In this document: positions 27,283 to 36,083 of the stretch, piece after piece | Layout of the letters: each line of letters begins with the position of its first letter | Position numbering within the stretch: the first letter of the stretch is position 1 | DNA from: a virus | Taxonomy: Duplodnaviria; Caudoviricetes | IMG/VR virus record: IMGVR_UViG_3300047400_000090 | Location: 1 to 64,000 of that record | DNA length: 64,000 bases | Reading direction: 5' to 3' (one strand) | Program-made: the position numbers and the translations under genes | Notes under the pieces: model-generated | What the model was told of the DNA's origin: nothing | The model's database searches: none | What the model saw: only the letters and a program-made list of their open reading frames with translations

Positions 27283-27453
27283 CTAACAAAACTTTATCAA
27301 CATCTTCTGTCGCATTAAAAGGCTTTCTTTACCTCCTACCGCGTTGCTTCTGCTTGACTCGGCCACGAAGTAGTACTCCCTCTCGACTTGGGCAAACAGT
27401 CTCCAGTGGTTCCCCGCCAAGTCACAGTACATTAAATAGCGATATGGCTTCAT
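27283..27453 (-). CDS. array-4 short ORF (MKPYRYLMYC)
   Basis: Manual translation, 56 aa; ATGA overlap. Confidence 0.55.
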   Translation of the reverse strand: MKPYRYLMYCDLAGNHWRLFAQVEREYYFVAESSRSNAVGGKESLLMRQKMLIKFC

Positions 27454-27641
27454 CTAGACCTGCTGTTGTACTTTACCAGCGCTCTCTGTCTTGGCGTACG
27501 GGAAGCGATGCAGGCACCATTAAACTCCCGAGAATCACTAAGTAAAGATATTATGCAATCCGTGCCGTGCTGGATTGCTAGAGCAAAGCACCCCAGGTCT
27601 CCGCTCTGCCAGTGAAGGCAGTAATGGTATGGCTTCATCAT
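27450..27641 (-). CDS. array-4 short ORF (MMKPYHYCLHW)
   Basis: ATGA overlap; MKPY start. Confidence 0.55.
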   Translation of the reverse strand: MMKPYHYCLHWQSGDLGCFALAIQHGTDCIISLLSDSREFNGACIASRTPRQRALVKYNSRSR

Positions 27642-27796
27642 TTGTAGAATCTCCTGGTCCTTTTGTCATCTGGAAGATCGAAGATTTCCCTCATTATAGA
27701 AACGAAATGAATCGGAATCCATCCCCTGGTATCGATTCTCTGATAGGCTACTCCGCGATGTCTGTAATTGGTTCCATACCAGAGTGACGTTCTCAT
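27638..27796 (-). CDS. array-4 short ORF (MRTSLWYGTNY)
   Basis: Manual translation, 52 aa; overlap-coupled. Confidence 0.5.
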   Translation of the reverse strand: MRTSLWYGTNYRHRGVAYQRIDTRGWIPIHFVSIMREIFDLPDDKRTRRFYK

Positions 27797-27978
27797 TAGC
27801 AATACTTCCTTGCGCTCCTGATTCTTAATTTACCCTTAGCTATCACGCGAAACAGAATCGCTTCGCTGGGAAGTATAGAAACAAGAGAAATCATTGTGCC
27901 CCCATTTCCGTTGACTCTTGAGACGTAGGCGACGTTATGGTATCCGTAATAAAGCGAAGACAACATGGCCGCTCTCAT
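27796..27978 (-). CDS. array-4 short ORF (MRAAMLSSLYYGY)
   Basis: Overlap-coupled; SL[WY]YG...VAY shared with neighbour. Confidence 0.5.
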   Translation of the reverse strand: MRAAMLSSLYYGYHNVAYVSRVNGNGGTMISLVSILPSEAILFRVIAKGKLRIRSARKYC

Positions 27979-28094
27979 TTTGCGACTATCCGCTCCACTA
28001 TGAGGCTAATTACCACGCTCCACGCTACTACAATCAGCGCCAGTACAACCAGCACGATAAGGACGGATGCCCAGTACTTCGCATCTCTCTTCAT
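27975..28094 (-). CDS. 39-aa single-pass membrane peptide
   Basis: Manual translation MKRDAKYWASVLIVLVVLALIVVAWSVVISLIVERIVAK. Confidence 0.55.
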   Translation of the reverse strand: MKRDAKYWASVLIVLVVLALIVVAWSVVISLIVERIVAK

Positions 28095-28294
28095 CTCATT
28101 CTCTCCCCCGCAAAGGTGTGCAGCCTGCGTACCGCCTCGTCATCCTCGATGTCGCCGTTCACTAGGTCAACCATAAACTCCGATAGCCAGCGAGTCTTTA
28201 GGCCGATAACGGGGCTGCTGACCATTACCGAGAAGAACTCGTAGATCTCCCTGGAGCTACGCGCCCTCTTGTGAGTAGAGAATGGCTTAGTCAT
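28091..28294 (-). CDS. hypothetical protein
   Basis: Overlap-coupled. Confidence 0.5.
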   Translation of the reverse strand: MTKPFSTHKRARSSREIYEFFSVMVSSPVIGLKTRWLSEFMVDLVNGDIEDDEAVRRLHTFAGERMR

Positions 28295-28297
28295 GGG

Positions 28298-28465
28298 TTA
28301 CTCGAAGTCTGGTCCGTTCCGCAGTACGGAGATCCCCTTCTCGATTAGGATCTTGTACATGGCCGAGGTGGTAATGTTTCGCATCAGCGCCATGATCTTG
28401 ACCTCTCGGTGCAGGTCTCCCAGGTCTAGGGATAGTTGTGTCTTCTTTGGTTCGTTCTCAGTCAT
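28298..28465 (-). CDS. ribbon-helix-helix-like DNA-binding protein, 55 aa
   Basis: Manual translation MTENEPKKTQLSLDLGDLHREVKIMALMRNITTSAMYKILIEKG: strand-helix-helix pattern. Confidence 0.55.
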   Translation of the reverse strand: MTENEPKKTQLSLDLGDLHREVKIMALMRNITTSAMYKILIEKGISVLRNGPDFE

Positions 28466-28885
28466 TTAGTCCTCCACTTTCTTGTATCCCGCGTGGATAA
28501 AGGTTTTTCTTGCCATTACCGCCTTGTTTAGCGCCGCGTAGAGCATTTCCGAAGCACCTAGGGATAGATCCTTGTCAATCTCTGCTGCGATTTCCCTTAG
28601 GGATTGCTCTACCGTGCTTTCATAGCGCAGTCCGAAACCCTTGTCTTGTTGGTTAAGTTTATAACTCACGTCTGATCCTTCTAATAAAACAATTGGCGGT
28701 GGCTCTCGAATTTGGGAAGCCTCAAACCAATCGATTAGGCAAAGACTATCCGTAGGTGGTACTGGGTCAGGGTTGCCCCACATTCTTACAAGATGGTTCA
28801 TTTGACTCTTTCCTCCATAAATCTCTGGTACTTCCACTTGTCTCACTCGAACATAATAACTGTTTCTGTCATTCTGATTCTCCAC
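28466..28885 (-). CDS. hypothetical protein
   Basis: Operon position. Confidence 0.6.
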   Translation of the reverse strand: MENQNDRNSYYVRVRQVEVPEIYGGKSQMNHLVRMWGNPDPVPPTDSLCLIDWFEASQIREPPPIVLLEGSDVSYKLNQQDKGFGLRYESTVEQSLREIAAEIDKDLSLGASEMLYAALNKAVMARKTFIHAGYKKVED

Positions 28886-29237
28886 GGACTGTCACCGAAA
28901 GAATCTGGGTGTCGTCCTTGTCGGTGTATACGTGCCCTCTCAATCTCAATTTAGTTACCTCTACCTTGGGACTCCCATATTCTTCCAACTCTGCGTTAAG
29001 CTCCTCCGCTTCCCTTACAAGCAGATTGTCGAAGGGAGAGCACTTGAATAGCCTGATGATAGTGTCCCCTTCTTTCCTTTTATCAGTGCGCTTCCAGTTG
29101 TCACGGTTCCAGATTTTATCCCAGTGTTCGTCTTCTCCTGCCGCCAGATCCTGACCGTATTGGTCAGTCAAAAGATATCTATTTAATTGCGTCCAATCTA
29201 CAATGGCCGCTTTGCAGTCCTCACTAGTAATGCTCAT
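28869..29237 (-). CDS. hypothetical protein
   Basis: Operon position, acidic. Confidence 0.6.
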   Translation of the reverse strand: MSITSEDCKAAIVDWTQLNRYLLTDQYGQDLAAGEDEHWDKIWNRDNWKRTDKRKEGDTIIRLFKCSPFDNLLVREAEELNAELEEYGSPKVEVTKLRLRGHVYTDKDDTQILSVTVRGESE

Positions 29238-29267
29238 TTGATCCTCTCTTTTGTGGTGGCGGTAGCC

Positions 29268-29612
29268 CTACATGCCGCGCCGCTTCCCTTTACTATCCCC
29301 TGGCAATCCGGCCATAGATGTTAGGCACTCCACGACTAGGCCGATGGAGTGGTGCGGGAGAATCAATCCATTAGTCCACGGATAATATGTATTGAGTCGG
29401 TCTTTCAGTTCTTGAGTGTCCTTCGCCGTAGAAACCGCGCCTATGGTATCAAACCCATTGACACACGACTCAACAAAAATGACATCCTTAAACTTTGCGG
29501 CAGTTCTGTTTGCTAGGATACTGTCTAAGGTTCCTGAGACAATCCACCCCGGCATGACATGAATGACGTAAGTCTTCCCAATTGTGAGCGATTGCAGTAC
29601 TGTGTTTTCCAT
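29268..29612 (-). CDS. hypothetical protein, paralog of 26864..27223
   Basis: Shared IGK.Y.....PGW motif and ES...NG..TIGA. Confidence 0.65.
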   Translation of the reverse strand: MENTVLQSLTIGKTYVIHVMPGWIVSGTLDSILANRTAAKFKDVIFVESCVNGFDTIGAVSTAKDTQELKDRLNTYYPWTNGLILPHHSIGLVVECLTSMAGLPGDSKGKRRGM

Positions 29613-29614
29613 TG

Positions 29615-30016
29615 TTACTTGATCCTCTCTTCTACGAAATTCTGGTATTTCTTTGTCTCATTTCCGTGGCTGGCAGGTGCGTGTAGCGCCACAATCTGTC
29701 TAACTGTCAATCCATCCGCCAGTCGCCGCGCTATTAGCCGGTGTAGGGCCATCCAGCCGTCTTCTGGCGTCTTGCACTTGGCATACCCGGCACTGCCGCG
29801 TTTACACCCAGGCTGCCCCTTGTAGAGTAGTGCGCCAGGATTGTTGTACCGCTGTGCCATGGTTCCGGGTTTATTGTACCCCTCGTAGTCTGCCATGGCA
29901 AGGCTTACTTTGTAGGCCGTCCGCTCGAACTCCAGCACTGGAGTGATTGGAGCCTCTAGAGTGGCTGGGCCAATGGCCAGGATGGTTAGGTTCGCTATTA
30001 CCGTAGGTAGGTTCAT
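29615..30016 (-). CDS. lysozyme-fold / cell-wall hydrolase-like protein
   Basis: EG...QRYNNPG.L...TPEDG..AL...T..IV..HAP..GNET..Y pattern of phage P5-like muramidase homologs. Confidence 0.55.
   Translation of the reverse strand: MNLPTVIANLTILAIGPATLEAPITPVLEFERTAYKVSLAMADYEGYNKPGTMAQRYNNPGALLYKGQPGCKRGSAGYAKCKTPEDGWMALHRLIARRLADGLTVRQIVALHAPASHGNETKKYQNFVEERIK
29925..29948. promoter_or_regulatory. dispersed palindrome copy
   Basis: TCGAACTCCAG-CA-CTGGAGTGATT, in CDS. Confidence 0.8.
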
Positions 30017-30252
30017 CCAAAAACCTCAATTGGCACCCCAGGGAAGTGATCCATTAAGTATGCCGTCCCAGTACCTGCTGCTGCACGCGCCGTCAGGTCG
30101 AGCCGTTGCGTGTAGGGATAAGTGGCCTCCGGTAGATCCGTGTAAAGGATAATTTGGTCAGCACGTCCGGGTGCCTTTATAACTACCGCTCTTGTGATTT
30201 CTAGTTTCATTTGAAGCCTACTACCTCCACCTTCCGCTGGCAATTTAGACAA
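30013..30252 (-). CDS. hypothetical protein
   Basis: Operon position. Confidence 0.5.
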   Translation of the reverse strand: MSKLPAEGGGSRLQMKLEITRAVVIKAPGRADQIILYTDLPEATYPYTQRLDLTARAAAGTGTAYLMDHFPGVPIEVFG

Positions 30253-30667
30253 ACCGCCATATCGCCGCTAAGATTCCACCAGAGAGATTTAGCCCGGTCT
30301 TTAACCGCCTCTCCTGTGGGTTGCTGACCATCGTAATTGCGGCAGTGCTACCGTTATCGCGCAGAAATTGCGTTGCGCTTTGTCGGTCCCCGCAATAGAC
30401 TACCTCTCCAGCGGGGAATTTGACCTTGCCGCATAGGTCGATGATTGAATCTTTTGAAACCTTAACTACTAGCCATTTGGCGTCACTGTCCCAGTTAGCA
30501 AGGGTTCCATCTCCAGCACCCCAGAGAAAGCCATGTAATCCCTTGCCGCAACTGTTAGACGGTTCCCAGTCTGGTGCCGAAACATCCCCAGAGGTAGGCC
30601 ATTTGAAACCGCCGGAAGACGTCATGTCTTTGGAACAAGTTCGCAGAACTAGTACGTGTTTTTCCAT
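30245..30667 (-). CDS. conserved phage protein (WPxxG..APDW..CGxGLHG..WG.G..KVKFP motif)
   Basis: Widespread phage family recognised by motif; C-terminus looks shortened. Confidence 0.65.
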   Translation of the reverse strand: MEKHVLVLRTCSKDMTSSGGFKWPTSGDVSAPDWEPSNSCGKGLHGFLWGAGDGTLANWDSDAKWLVVKVSKDSIIDLCGKVKFPAGEVVYCGDRQSATQFLRDNGSTAAITMVSNPQERRLKTGLNLSGGILAAIWRFV

Positions 30668-30679
30668 TTCATTTATCCT

Positions 30680-31750
30680 TTAGAAATTCGCCTCTTTGAG
30701 AATCTTACCTGCCGCCTTGTCTAGCTTGGTACGCTCATCAGCGTAGGGAATCGACTGGGAATACCTTGTTACCCCCTGAGCGAAACCCCAAACCGTGCGA
30801 GGGTCACCATCCTCATCCTCGCGTACCGCCTCATAACTGGCATCTAACGCCTTGCGAGTTAAACCAAGGCTACGCTTGCCAAAGAGGGTATCTAAAACCT
30901 CTTCTTTGGTAGCCGCAATCAGCGCCGTCTTGGACCGTTCGATCTGGCCCTCTAGGTCGGACACCGATGCGTCTAACCACTTATTGGCTTGTACTGCCAT
31001 GAGGCTAAAGCGGTTACGTACCGATCCAACGTGACGCAGTGATACGTCCATCACTTCAGAAGCACCCCAAATAATATGGTTGCCACATAGCTCTCTGTAG
31101 AGAAACTTAGTCAACTTTAGCGCCGAAGCACCCACTTCGCTATTCTCGACAATGACGCCTTTCCACATCGGGCTATCGGTTCCTGCCTCATTTACTGACC
31201 GATTATTAGCTCGTAAGAACACAAACATGTCATGGTCTGAGGCATAGAGCGCCGGGAAGTCGCCTAGTGACTTGCGAATGTCAGGACGCGCCGGTTCCCA
31301 GCCCTTAGCCTGCCAGTCTAGCAATCGCTCAGCCACCTCGTGGTTCCAAATTCGCTCGTAACCCGATCCGGTAAAGGCGCGGAGTAGCAGGCTGCCATTA
31401 GCGTGGAATAGCAGTCGCGCCGTGGCGTCTTGTGCGTGCTTAGCTAATCCATGGTTTAGGTTCTGTACTGCCAGGGTAGCGGGGAGGTCGCGGAGGTAGG
31501 ACGCTGGTGCGCCGATGCGGCTTGCCAACTGGCCGAATGCCCAATTGGTTAGCCGTGCGGGAATTCCCGCCTTGCCGGTGAGAATAACATCGCCGTCTTG
31601 TGCCTCAGCACGAATATCAGAGTAGGTTAATTCCTTCTCTCGTGCTTGCTCAGCGTAGTGCTTGGTGTCGGCGTGCAGTTTCTCAAGCGAAGCATAGCGT
31701 TCATCGGAAGGGCGATTCTTCCATTGGTTGTGCGCCTTAAAGAGTTCCAT
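30680..31750 (-). CDS. DUF932-family protein
   Basis: NWAFGQLA..GAPA.YL, YASDHDMFVF, NSEVG..LYR..CGN. Confidence 0.75.
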   Translation of the reverse strand: MELFKAHNQWKNRPSDERYASLEKLHADTKHYAEQAREKELTYSDIRAEAQDGDVILTGKAGIPARLTNWAFGQLASRIGAPASYLRDLPATLAVQNLNHGLAKHAQDATARLLFHANGSLLLRAFTGSGYERIWNHEVAERLLDWQAKGWEPARPDIRKSLGDFPALYASDHDMFVFLRANNRSVNEAGTDSPMWKGVIVENSEVGASALKLTKFLYRELCGNHIIWGASEVMDVSLRHVGSVRNRFSLMAVQANKWLDASVSDLEGQIERSKTALIAATKEEVLDTLFGKRSLGLTRKALDASYEAVREDEDGDPRTVWGFAQGVTRYSQSIPYADERTKLDKAAGKILKEANF

Positions 31751-31816
31751 TTTAATCTCCTACCCTACTGTGCTTTGGCTAGCCACCGTGGGTTACTTGT
31801 CTATCGGAACAGTACT

Positions 31817-31845
31817 ACCTTACTACTAAAAACTGTTATTGTCAA
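31817..31845 (-). promoter_or_regulatory. sigma70-like promoter
   Basis: TTGACA-17bp-TAAGGT. Confidence 0.7.
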
Positions 31846-31849
31846 TACC

Positions 31850-32122
31850 CTACTGCGAATTATTTTCGTCACTAAAAATAAGTGGATTGGGTGCGACGAT
31901 AGCCTCATGCGAGCCTGGATACAGAACCCGTACCCGTAGCGGATTATCCCCAAAAGAGCTAGCCTTTAGAAAATCGGCGAAGGTACGCGCCAACTGTACT
32001 GAATTTACCGGTTCATATCGACTAGTTTCCTCATTGTAACCGTAGAGGCAATAACTACCAGACTCATTCGGCTTGAGAATGTAGTGATAGTTCCAGTCTA
32101 GTGCAATCTTTAATTGGGTCAT
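31850..32122 (-). CDS. hypothetical early protein
   Basis: Operon position. Confidence 0.55.
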   Translation of the reverse strand: MTQLKIALDWNYHYILKPNESGSYCLYGYNEETSRYEPVNSVQLARTFADFLKASSFGDNPLRVRVLYPGSHEAIVAPNPLIFSDENNSQ

Positions 32123-32131
32123 GGATTGATT

Positions 32132-32332
32132 TTACCTGTTGCGGATTCTGGTCAGTAGATCATTGAGCAAGACTAAAGAATTGAATACGTGGTTCTGTTT
32201 TGCCGCATCACTCTCTTGCTCCTCGTAGTCGCGCTGTTCCGAGTCCCAACAGTACTCTACAAGCGACTGCAACGCCTCAACTTCTTGTTCTGTTAGTGTA
32301 ATCTTTAGTTGGTTCATAGTTTTCCTCGACAT
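32132..32332 (-). CDS. small acidic helical protein
   Basis: Operon position. Confidence 0.55.
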   Translation of the reverse strand: MSRKTMNQLKITLTEQEVEALQSLVEYCWDSEQRDYEEQESDAAKQNHVFNSLVLLNDLLTRIRNR

Positions 32333-32640
32333 GCTTTGCAGTACTCAAAGGTGTAGATATCCCTGTAGGTATCGAGACACTTATCACACTTAAAATACCC
32401 GTAATGGTCGCGGTACTCATAGATCGGATCTAGCATCCAATCACTAATACCACAATCTTCCAGTGTTGGCCGACTGTAAAACCCAATACCTAGCCGATCC
32501 TGTATCGCCGTAGCTTCGCGGTAGAGGTCGAAATAATCCTTGCCGCCGCCAAACTCCCCAATAACCCTAGACCGTTGCTGACAGTAGGCACGTAGCAGGT
32601 CGAAAACGGTACTGATTTGGTTTGTCGATAGATCGCTCAT
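32314..32640 (-). CDS. hypothetical protein with C-terminal CxxC...CxxC
   Basis: Start MSDLSTN by ATGA overlap. Confidence 0.55.
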   Translation of the reverse strand: MSDLSTNQISTVFDLLRAYCQQRSRVIGEFGGGKDYFDLYREATAIQDRLGIGFYSRPTLEDCGISDWMLDPIYEYRDHYGYFKCDKCLDTYRDIYTFEYCKACRGKL

Positions 32641-32744
32641 GGCTTGATCCTGTAGTACTTCCATTTCCCGCTAACCATACGTCGATACTGGTTAGAGTTA
32701 GCGAAACCGCCGTCGCGGTAGAATTGCGCTTTGGTTATCTCCAT
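32637..32744 (-). CDS. 35-aa peptide MEITKAQFYRDGGF
   Basis: Manual translation; overlap-coupled. Confidence 0.4.
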   Translation of the reverse strand: MEITKAQFYRDGGFANSNQYRRMVSGKWKYYRIKP

Positions 32745-32746
32745 GG

Positions 32747-33112
32747 CTATTTAACCCGAACCAAGTCAACCCTCTCAGAGTAATACCCGTTACTACATCC
32801 GTACCAGCGTAGGGTTACGCTACCCTTGATTGTGGCAAGCCTATAGAACGTCCATGTAAAAGAATCCTCATAATACCCGCCCTTGGGATTTTCCCTTGAG
32901 GTTTCCGCATAAGCCACAAGTAGCGGACTACCAATAAGATCCTGTAATTCGCCTACAATATCTTCTAGGCGAACCGACTCGCAGCAATCTTGCTCGTGGA
33001 ACATCTTGTAGACTTCGCCGTCACTGGTCGTAAATACTAACTCGTGCGAGTCTTTACCGCCGTCAATGCCGGTTAGGGTTTTACCTTTTATTTCTGAAAT
33101 GTTGATTGCCAT
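32747..33112 (-). CDS. conserved phage protein (HxQDCCE / WYGxSNGYY family)
   Basis: Motifs recognised from a widespread phage hypothetical family. Confidence 0.75.
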   Translation of the reverse strand: MAINISEIKGKTLTGIDGGKDSHELVFTTSDGEVYKMFHEQDCCESVRLEDIVGELQDLIGSPLLVAYAETSRENPKGGYYEDSFTWTFYRLATIKGSVTLRWYGCSNGYYSERVDLVRVK

Positions 33113-33114
33113 GA

Positions 33115-33381
33115 CTACTTACCTACTCTTGGGATTACAACGTCGTGAATGTACTGCTTAGCCGCCTCTAGGCTATCGCACCCTGGAATACACCCTGAGT
33201 ATGAATCCTCAGAATTGCAACCAAAGCTACACGTAAAATTCCACACGGGAGCATAGACTGAACCGATCCATCCCGGACGCAAGTGTAGCCAGACACACCC
33301 ACGTCCCACCTTGATTCGGTAACACTCTAGCGGTTTCTCACCGGCGGTCCATTCCGCCTCTTCCCATTGTCCTAGCTTCAT
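33115..33381 (-). CDS. hypothetical protein
   Basis: Operon position. Confidence 0.55.
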   Translation of the reverse strand: MKLGQWEEAEWTAGEKPLECYRIKVGRGCVWLHLRPGWIGSVYAPVWNFTCSFGCNSEDSYSGCIPGCDSLEAAKQYIHDVVIPRVGK

Positions 33382-34067
33382 GCCTCTACCCCCTTGATTG
33401 TTACCAGTCGCGCCGGTTGGCGTCGCAATGGACCATGGACCGGGAACCCAATAATGACCTCTCTATCCCGCCACGCGCATAGCTTACATGACTCACACGT
33501 TACCCCCTCGTGGGAGATAGCAGGGCAAACTACTACCCGCCGTCCGCTGGGTGTAACCTCACCCTTAGACTGTTCCGGTAATACCACAACTACCGGTGCG
33601 ATCCCTAGATCCTTTAAGGTGTCCGCTTGTTCCAGGGTATCGGCGGATAGATTAACCGTAAACCCGCGCTTGTTAGCCATTAGCACGGCTAGGGCATTGG
33701 TGTTTTCGGTATGATTCAATCCTGTTACCGGCTTATGAGTGTAGGTAAACCCCCGCTTTCCCTCATTCGCCTTGACAATGGCGTTTAGCGCCACCGTATC
33801 GATTTTCTCGTCTTTACCGGGTAAGTCCCCCGCTTGATTGTGCCGCCATAGCTGACCATGAGGCAATGCCGCGACCTTAGCCGTGAAGTCTTCTAGGGAT
33901 AATCCGCCGTCATTCACCTTACGCCAATGGATAGCCAATGGTCCGGCTTTAGCGTAGCATCTATCCCGCGATCCGCACGACTCGGGGCAAGAGTCGCCGC
34001 TAGTAGTCGATACTGGAATAGGTCCAGTCTTAACGTTAGCCGACTTGAGTGTTAGATGGTAGTTCAC
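33378..34067 (-). CDS. Cys-cluster phage protein (GP88-like / radical-SAM-like metal cluster)
   Basis: CPESC....RCYA, RHNQAGD, YTH, CPA...CESCKLC. Confidence 0.6.
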   Translation of the reverse strand: MNYHLTLKSANVKTGPIPVSTTSGDSCPESCGSRDRCYAKAGPLAIHWRKVNDGGLSLEDFTAKVAALPHGQLWRHNQAGDLPGKDEKIDTVALNAIVKANEGKRGFTYTHKPVTGLNHTENTNALAVLMANKRGFTVNLSADTLEQADTLKDLGIAPVVVVLPEQSKGEVTPSGRRVVVCPAISHEGVTCESCKLCAWRDREVIIGFPVHGPLRRQPARLVTIKGVEA

Positions 34068-34267
34068 TTTATGCCTCTCTTTCGTAGCTCCGCGCCGTGA
34101 AAGCGTAGTTCAATTTGATGTTCTATCCCGTTATCTGCCACTACTTGAAAGATCGGCGGTAGTGAATCAGGATCTAGAAGGATGTTTTGTACTGCCTTAG
34201 CGGCATTATACGCGCTAGTCGCATCTATATCAATAGCGTAGGTAACGCGGTAGTTCTTTAGTTCCAT
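34064..34267 (-). CDS. hypothetical protein (MELKNYRV)
   Basis: Internal ATG of track ORF. Confidence 0.5.
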   Translation of the reverse strand: MELKNYRVTYAIDIDATSAYNAAKAVQNILLDPDSLPPIFQVVADNGIEHQIELRFHGAELRKRGIK

Positions 34268-34437
34268 GGACTCTTCCCATCCTTTAGTGACTCGTGCAAC
34301 TCTGCCATTGCGTCTACTGTGTCCGCGCCGTCTGCGTCCATGTCCTGATCTGTAAGCCATGAGCATCGCGCCTCAAGCCGTTTGGCAATCTCTTTTCGCG
34401 CCATAATGGCGGATACTTCGCTAGTGGTTTTAGGCAT
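34258..34437 (-). CDS. hypothetical protein, 59 aa (MPKTTSEV)
   Basis: Manual translation; fills the gap with overlaps at both ends. Confidence 0.5.
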   Translation of the reverse strand: MPKTTSEVSAIMARKEIAKRLEARCSWLTDQDMDADGADTVDAMAELHESLKDGKSPWN

Positions 34438-34987
34438 TTGCCGTTACCCCCATCTCTAGCGCCGGTAGCTTGACTGCTACGGCTAAGTGTCGCGGTTTTA
34501 GCCGATACAGGCTATAGTTCCCGCTAATAGCCCATACCTTACCATCCTCAATCCGCACAACCTTAACCGGACCATTGGTCCGATACCCTGGCAACTCGTA
34601 ATAGTCGCCAATAGCCACCTTAGCCGCCATGGTTCGCGCCTTGCGTGCCTTATTGCGCTTGTCGGCGTGGTACTGGTAGACCTTGTCGCGCCATTCTTGG
34701 CTAGTTACCGGTGCCATATCCAAAAACCTGATCGGACAATCGTAATAGTAAGGGTGCATGGATTCGTCCATGTCTTTGTAAGACCATTCGCCGCCGTGTT
34801 TTTCTAGCAGGTCGAAAGCGATAAAACGGCGAAATGTCCCATCTTCGCCTTTAGTCGATTCCAGGACGCGCCATAATCCCTTACCCCCTACGTGGTGCGC
34901 TATCGTCTTGCCGTAATAGTCACTTCGCAAGAAGTCTGCAATTACGTCTTGTTTCGTAACCCATCGCTCGCATGAAGTCCACCCCAT
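34430..34987 (-). CDS. conserved phage protein (YKDMDESM.PYYYDCP motif)
   Basis: Motif recognised. Confidence 0.7.
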   Translation of the reverse strand: MGWTSCERWVTKQDVIADFLRSDYYGKTIAHHVGGKGLWRVLESTKGEDGTFRRFIAFDLLEKHGGEWSYKDMDESMHPYYYDCPIRFLDMAPVTSQEWRDKVYQYHADKRNKARKARTMAAKVAIGDYYELPGYRTNGPVKVVRIEDGKVWAISGNYSLYRLKPRHLAVAVKLPALEMGVTANA

Positions 34988-35293
34988 ATCCCATCTCCTT
35001 TGATTGTAATAACTTAGCTAATAACGCTTACTCAAGCCTAATGGTAGCTTACGAGATCGGCGAAAGCTAACCCATAACGCCTACTACAGGGCAAGTGTTA
35101 TTAACTAAACTCATTAGAATCAATAGCCTAGACTGGTAAAGCTAAGCTGAAGCTAGAAGTTTAGTTCTGGACTAATTACTGAGTGCTAGGTACAGTAGTA
35201 CCACGGCTAGGGCAAGTAGTCCAGTATCGCGTAAGGCTTCGCGTAGTCGCCGTCGCCGGTCGATCCGCCGGTATAGTTCGCGTAGGTCGTGGT

Positions 35294-35794
35294 TCATTGT
35301 GCTAACTCCCTTAGTTGCTCTATCTCGGACGGGCTAAAGAATAGCCGCGCTTGCCGCGCTTGCTCGTTGCAAGCCTCAAAGGTCGCATAAGCCTTGCGGC
35401 TATCAGTGTCGCATCCAAAGTCGCTACACCATGCCGCGAAGTCGCCGTCTATGTCCCAAGTAAGGCATGACAAAACATCGTAGGCGGTAGGCGTGCGCTT
35501 GTAATCATCGCGTACCCTTAGGTTATGTTCCTCATCTAAGTAACTATTCCAGAAGTCTACGGTTAGAGTATCTTTATAGCCTACTTGTGGCATTTGGTAA
35601 GTTCTATTGAAGATACCGGCGTAATGCTTGCCATGGATGTGGACCTTGCGCGGGTAGACTCCCAGCTTGTCGATATGCTTGCCCTTGTGTTCGCAGTACA
35701 TGGGACAATCATTCCCAATTGGCACCGCTTGGAAGGTAACGCCGATAGACTTTAGGTAGTCATTAACCGGCGTGTTGTAGTCGTATTGTGGCAT
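35294..35794 (-). CDS. hypothetical early protein
   Basis: PTAYDVLSCL...WCSDFG.D.DSRKA motif seen in phage early proteins. Confidence 0.65.
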   Translation of the reverse strand: MPQYDYNTPVNDYLKSIGVTFQAVPIGNDCPMYCEHKGKHIDKLGVYPRKVHIHGKHYAGIFNRTYQMPQVGYKDTLTVDFWNSYLDEEHNLRVRDDYKRTPTAYDVLSCLTWDIDGDFAAWCSDFGCDTDSRKAYATFEACNEQARQARLFFSPSEIEQLRELAQ

Positions 35795-35807
35795 GGTTAT
35801 ACCGCCC

Positions 35808-36011
35808 CTACTTCACACTGACCAAGTAACCGTCTTTCATAATCCCTTGGGCATACCACGCATGAGGCGCGGGATAATGCGGTCCCTCAAGCGTAATCGG
35901 TCCATTCTCTGGTACACGTCCAAAGCCCGGAGCATAGCACGTTTCGCGCTTACCCGCCTTAATCGCATCCTTAAGCGACTTCTTAGTCTTGTAATTCGTG
36001 TGAGTGTACAT
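35808..36011 (-). CDS. small phage protein (NYKTKKSLKDAI...GPHYP)
   Basis: Start downstream of promoter at 36038. Confidence 0.6.
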   Translation of the reverse strand: MYTHTNYKTKKSLKDAIKAGKRETCYAPGFGRVPENGPITLEGPHYPAPHAWYAQGIMKDGYLVSVK

Positions 36012-36037
36012 GGTTTTATGTTTCCTCTGTGTGGGAT

Positions 36038-36066
36038 AGTGTCCCATAGTTCCCATTGGTTGTCAA
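36038..36066 (-). promoter_or_regulatory. sigma70-like promoter
   Basis: TTGACA-17bp-GACACT. Confidence 0.55.
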
Positions 36067-36083
36067 TAGGGAACTACGCGATA

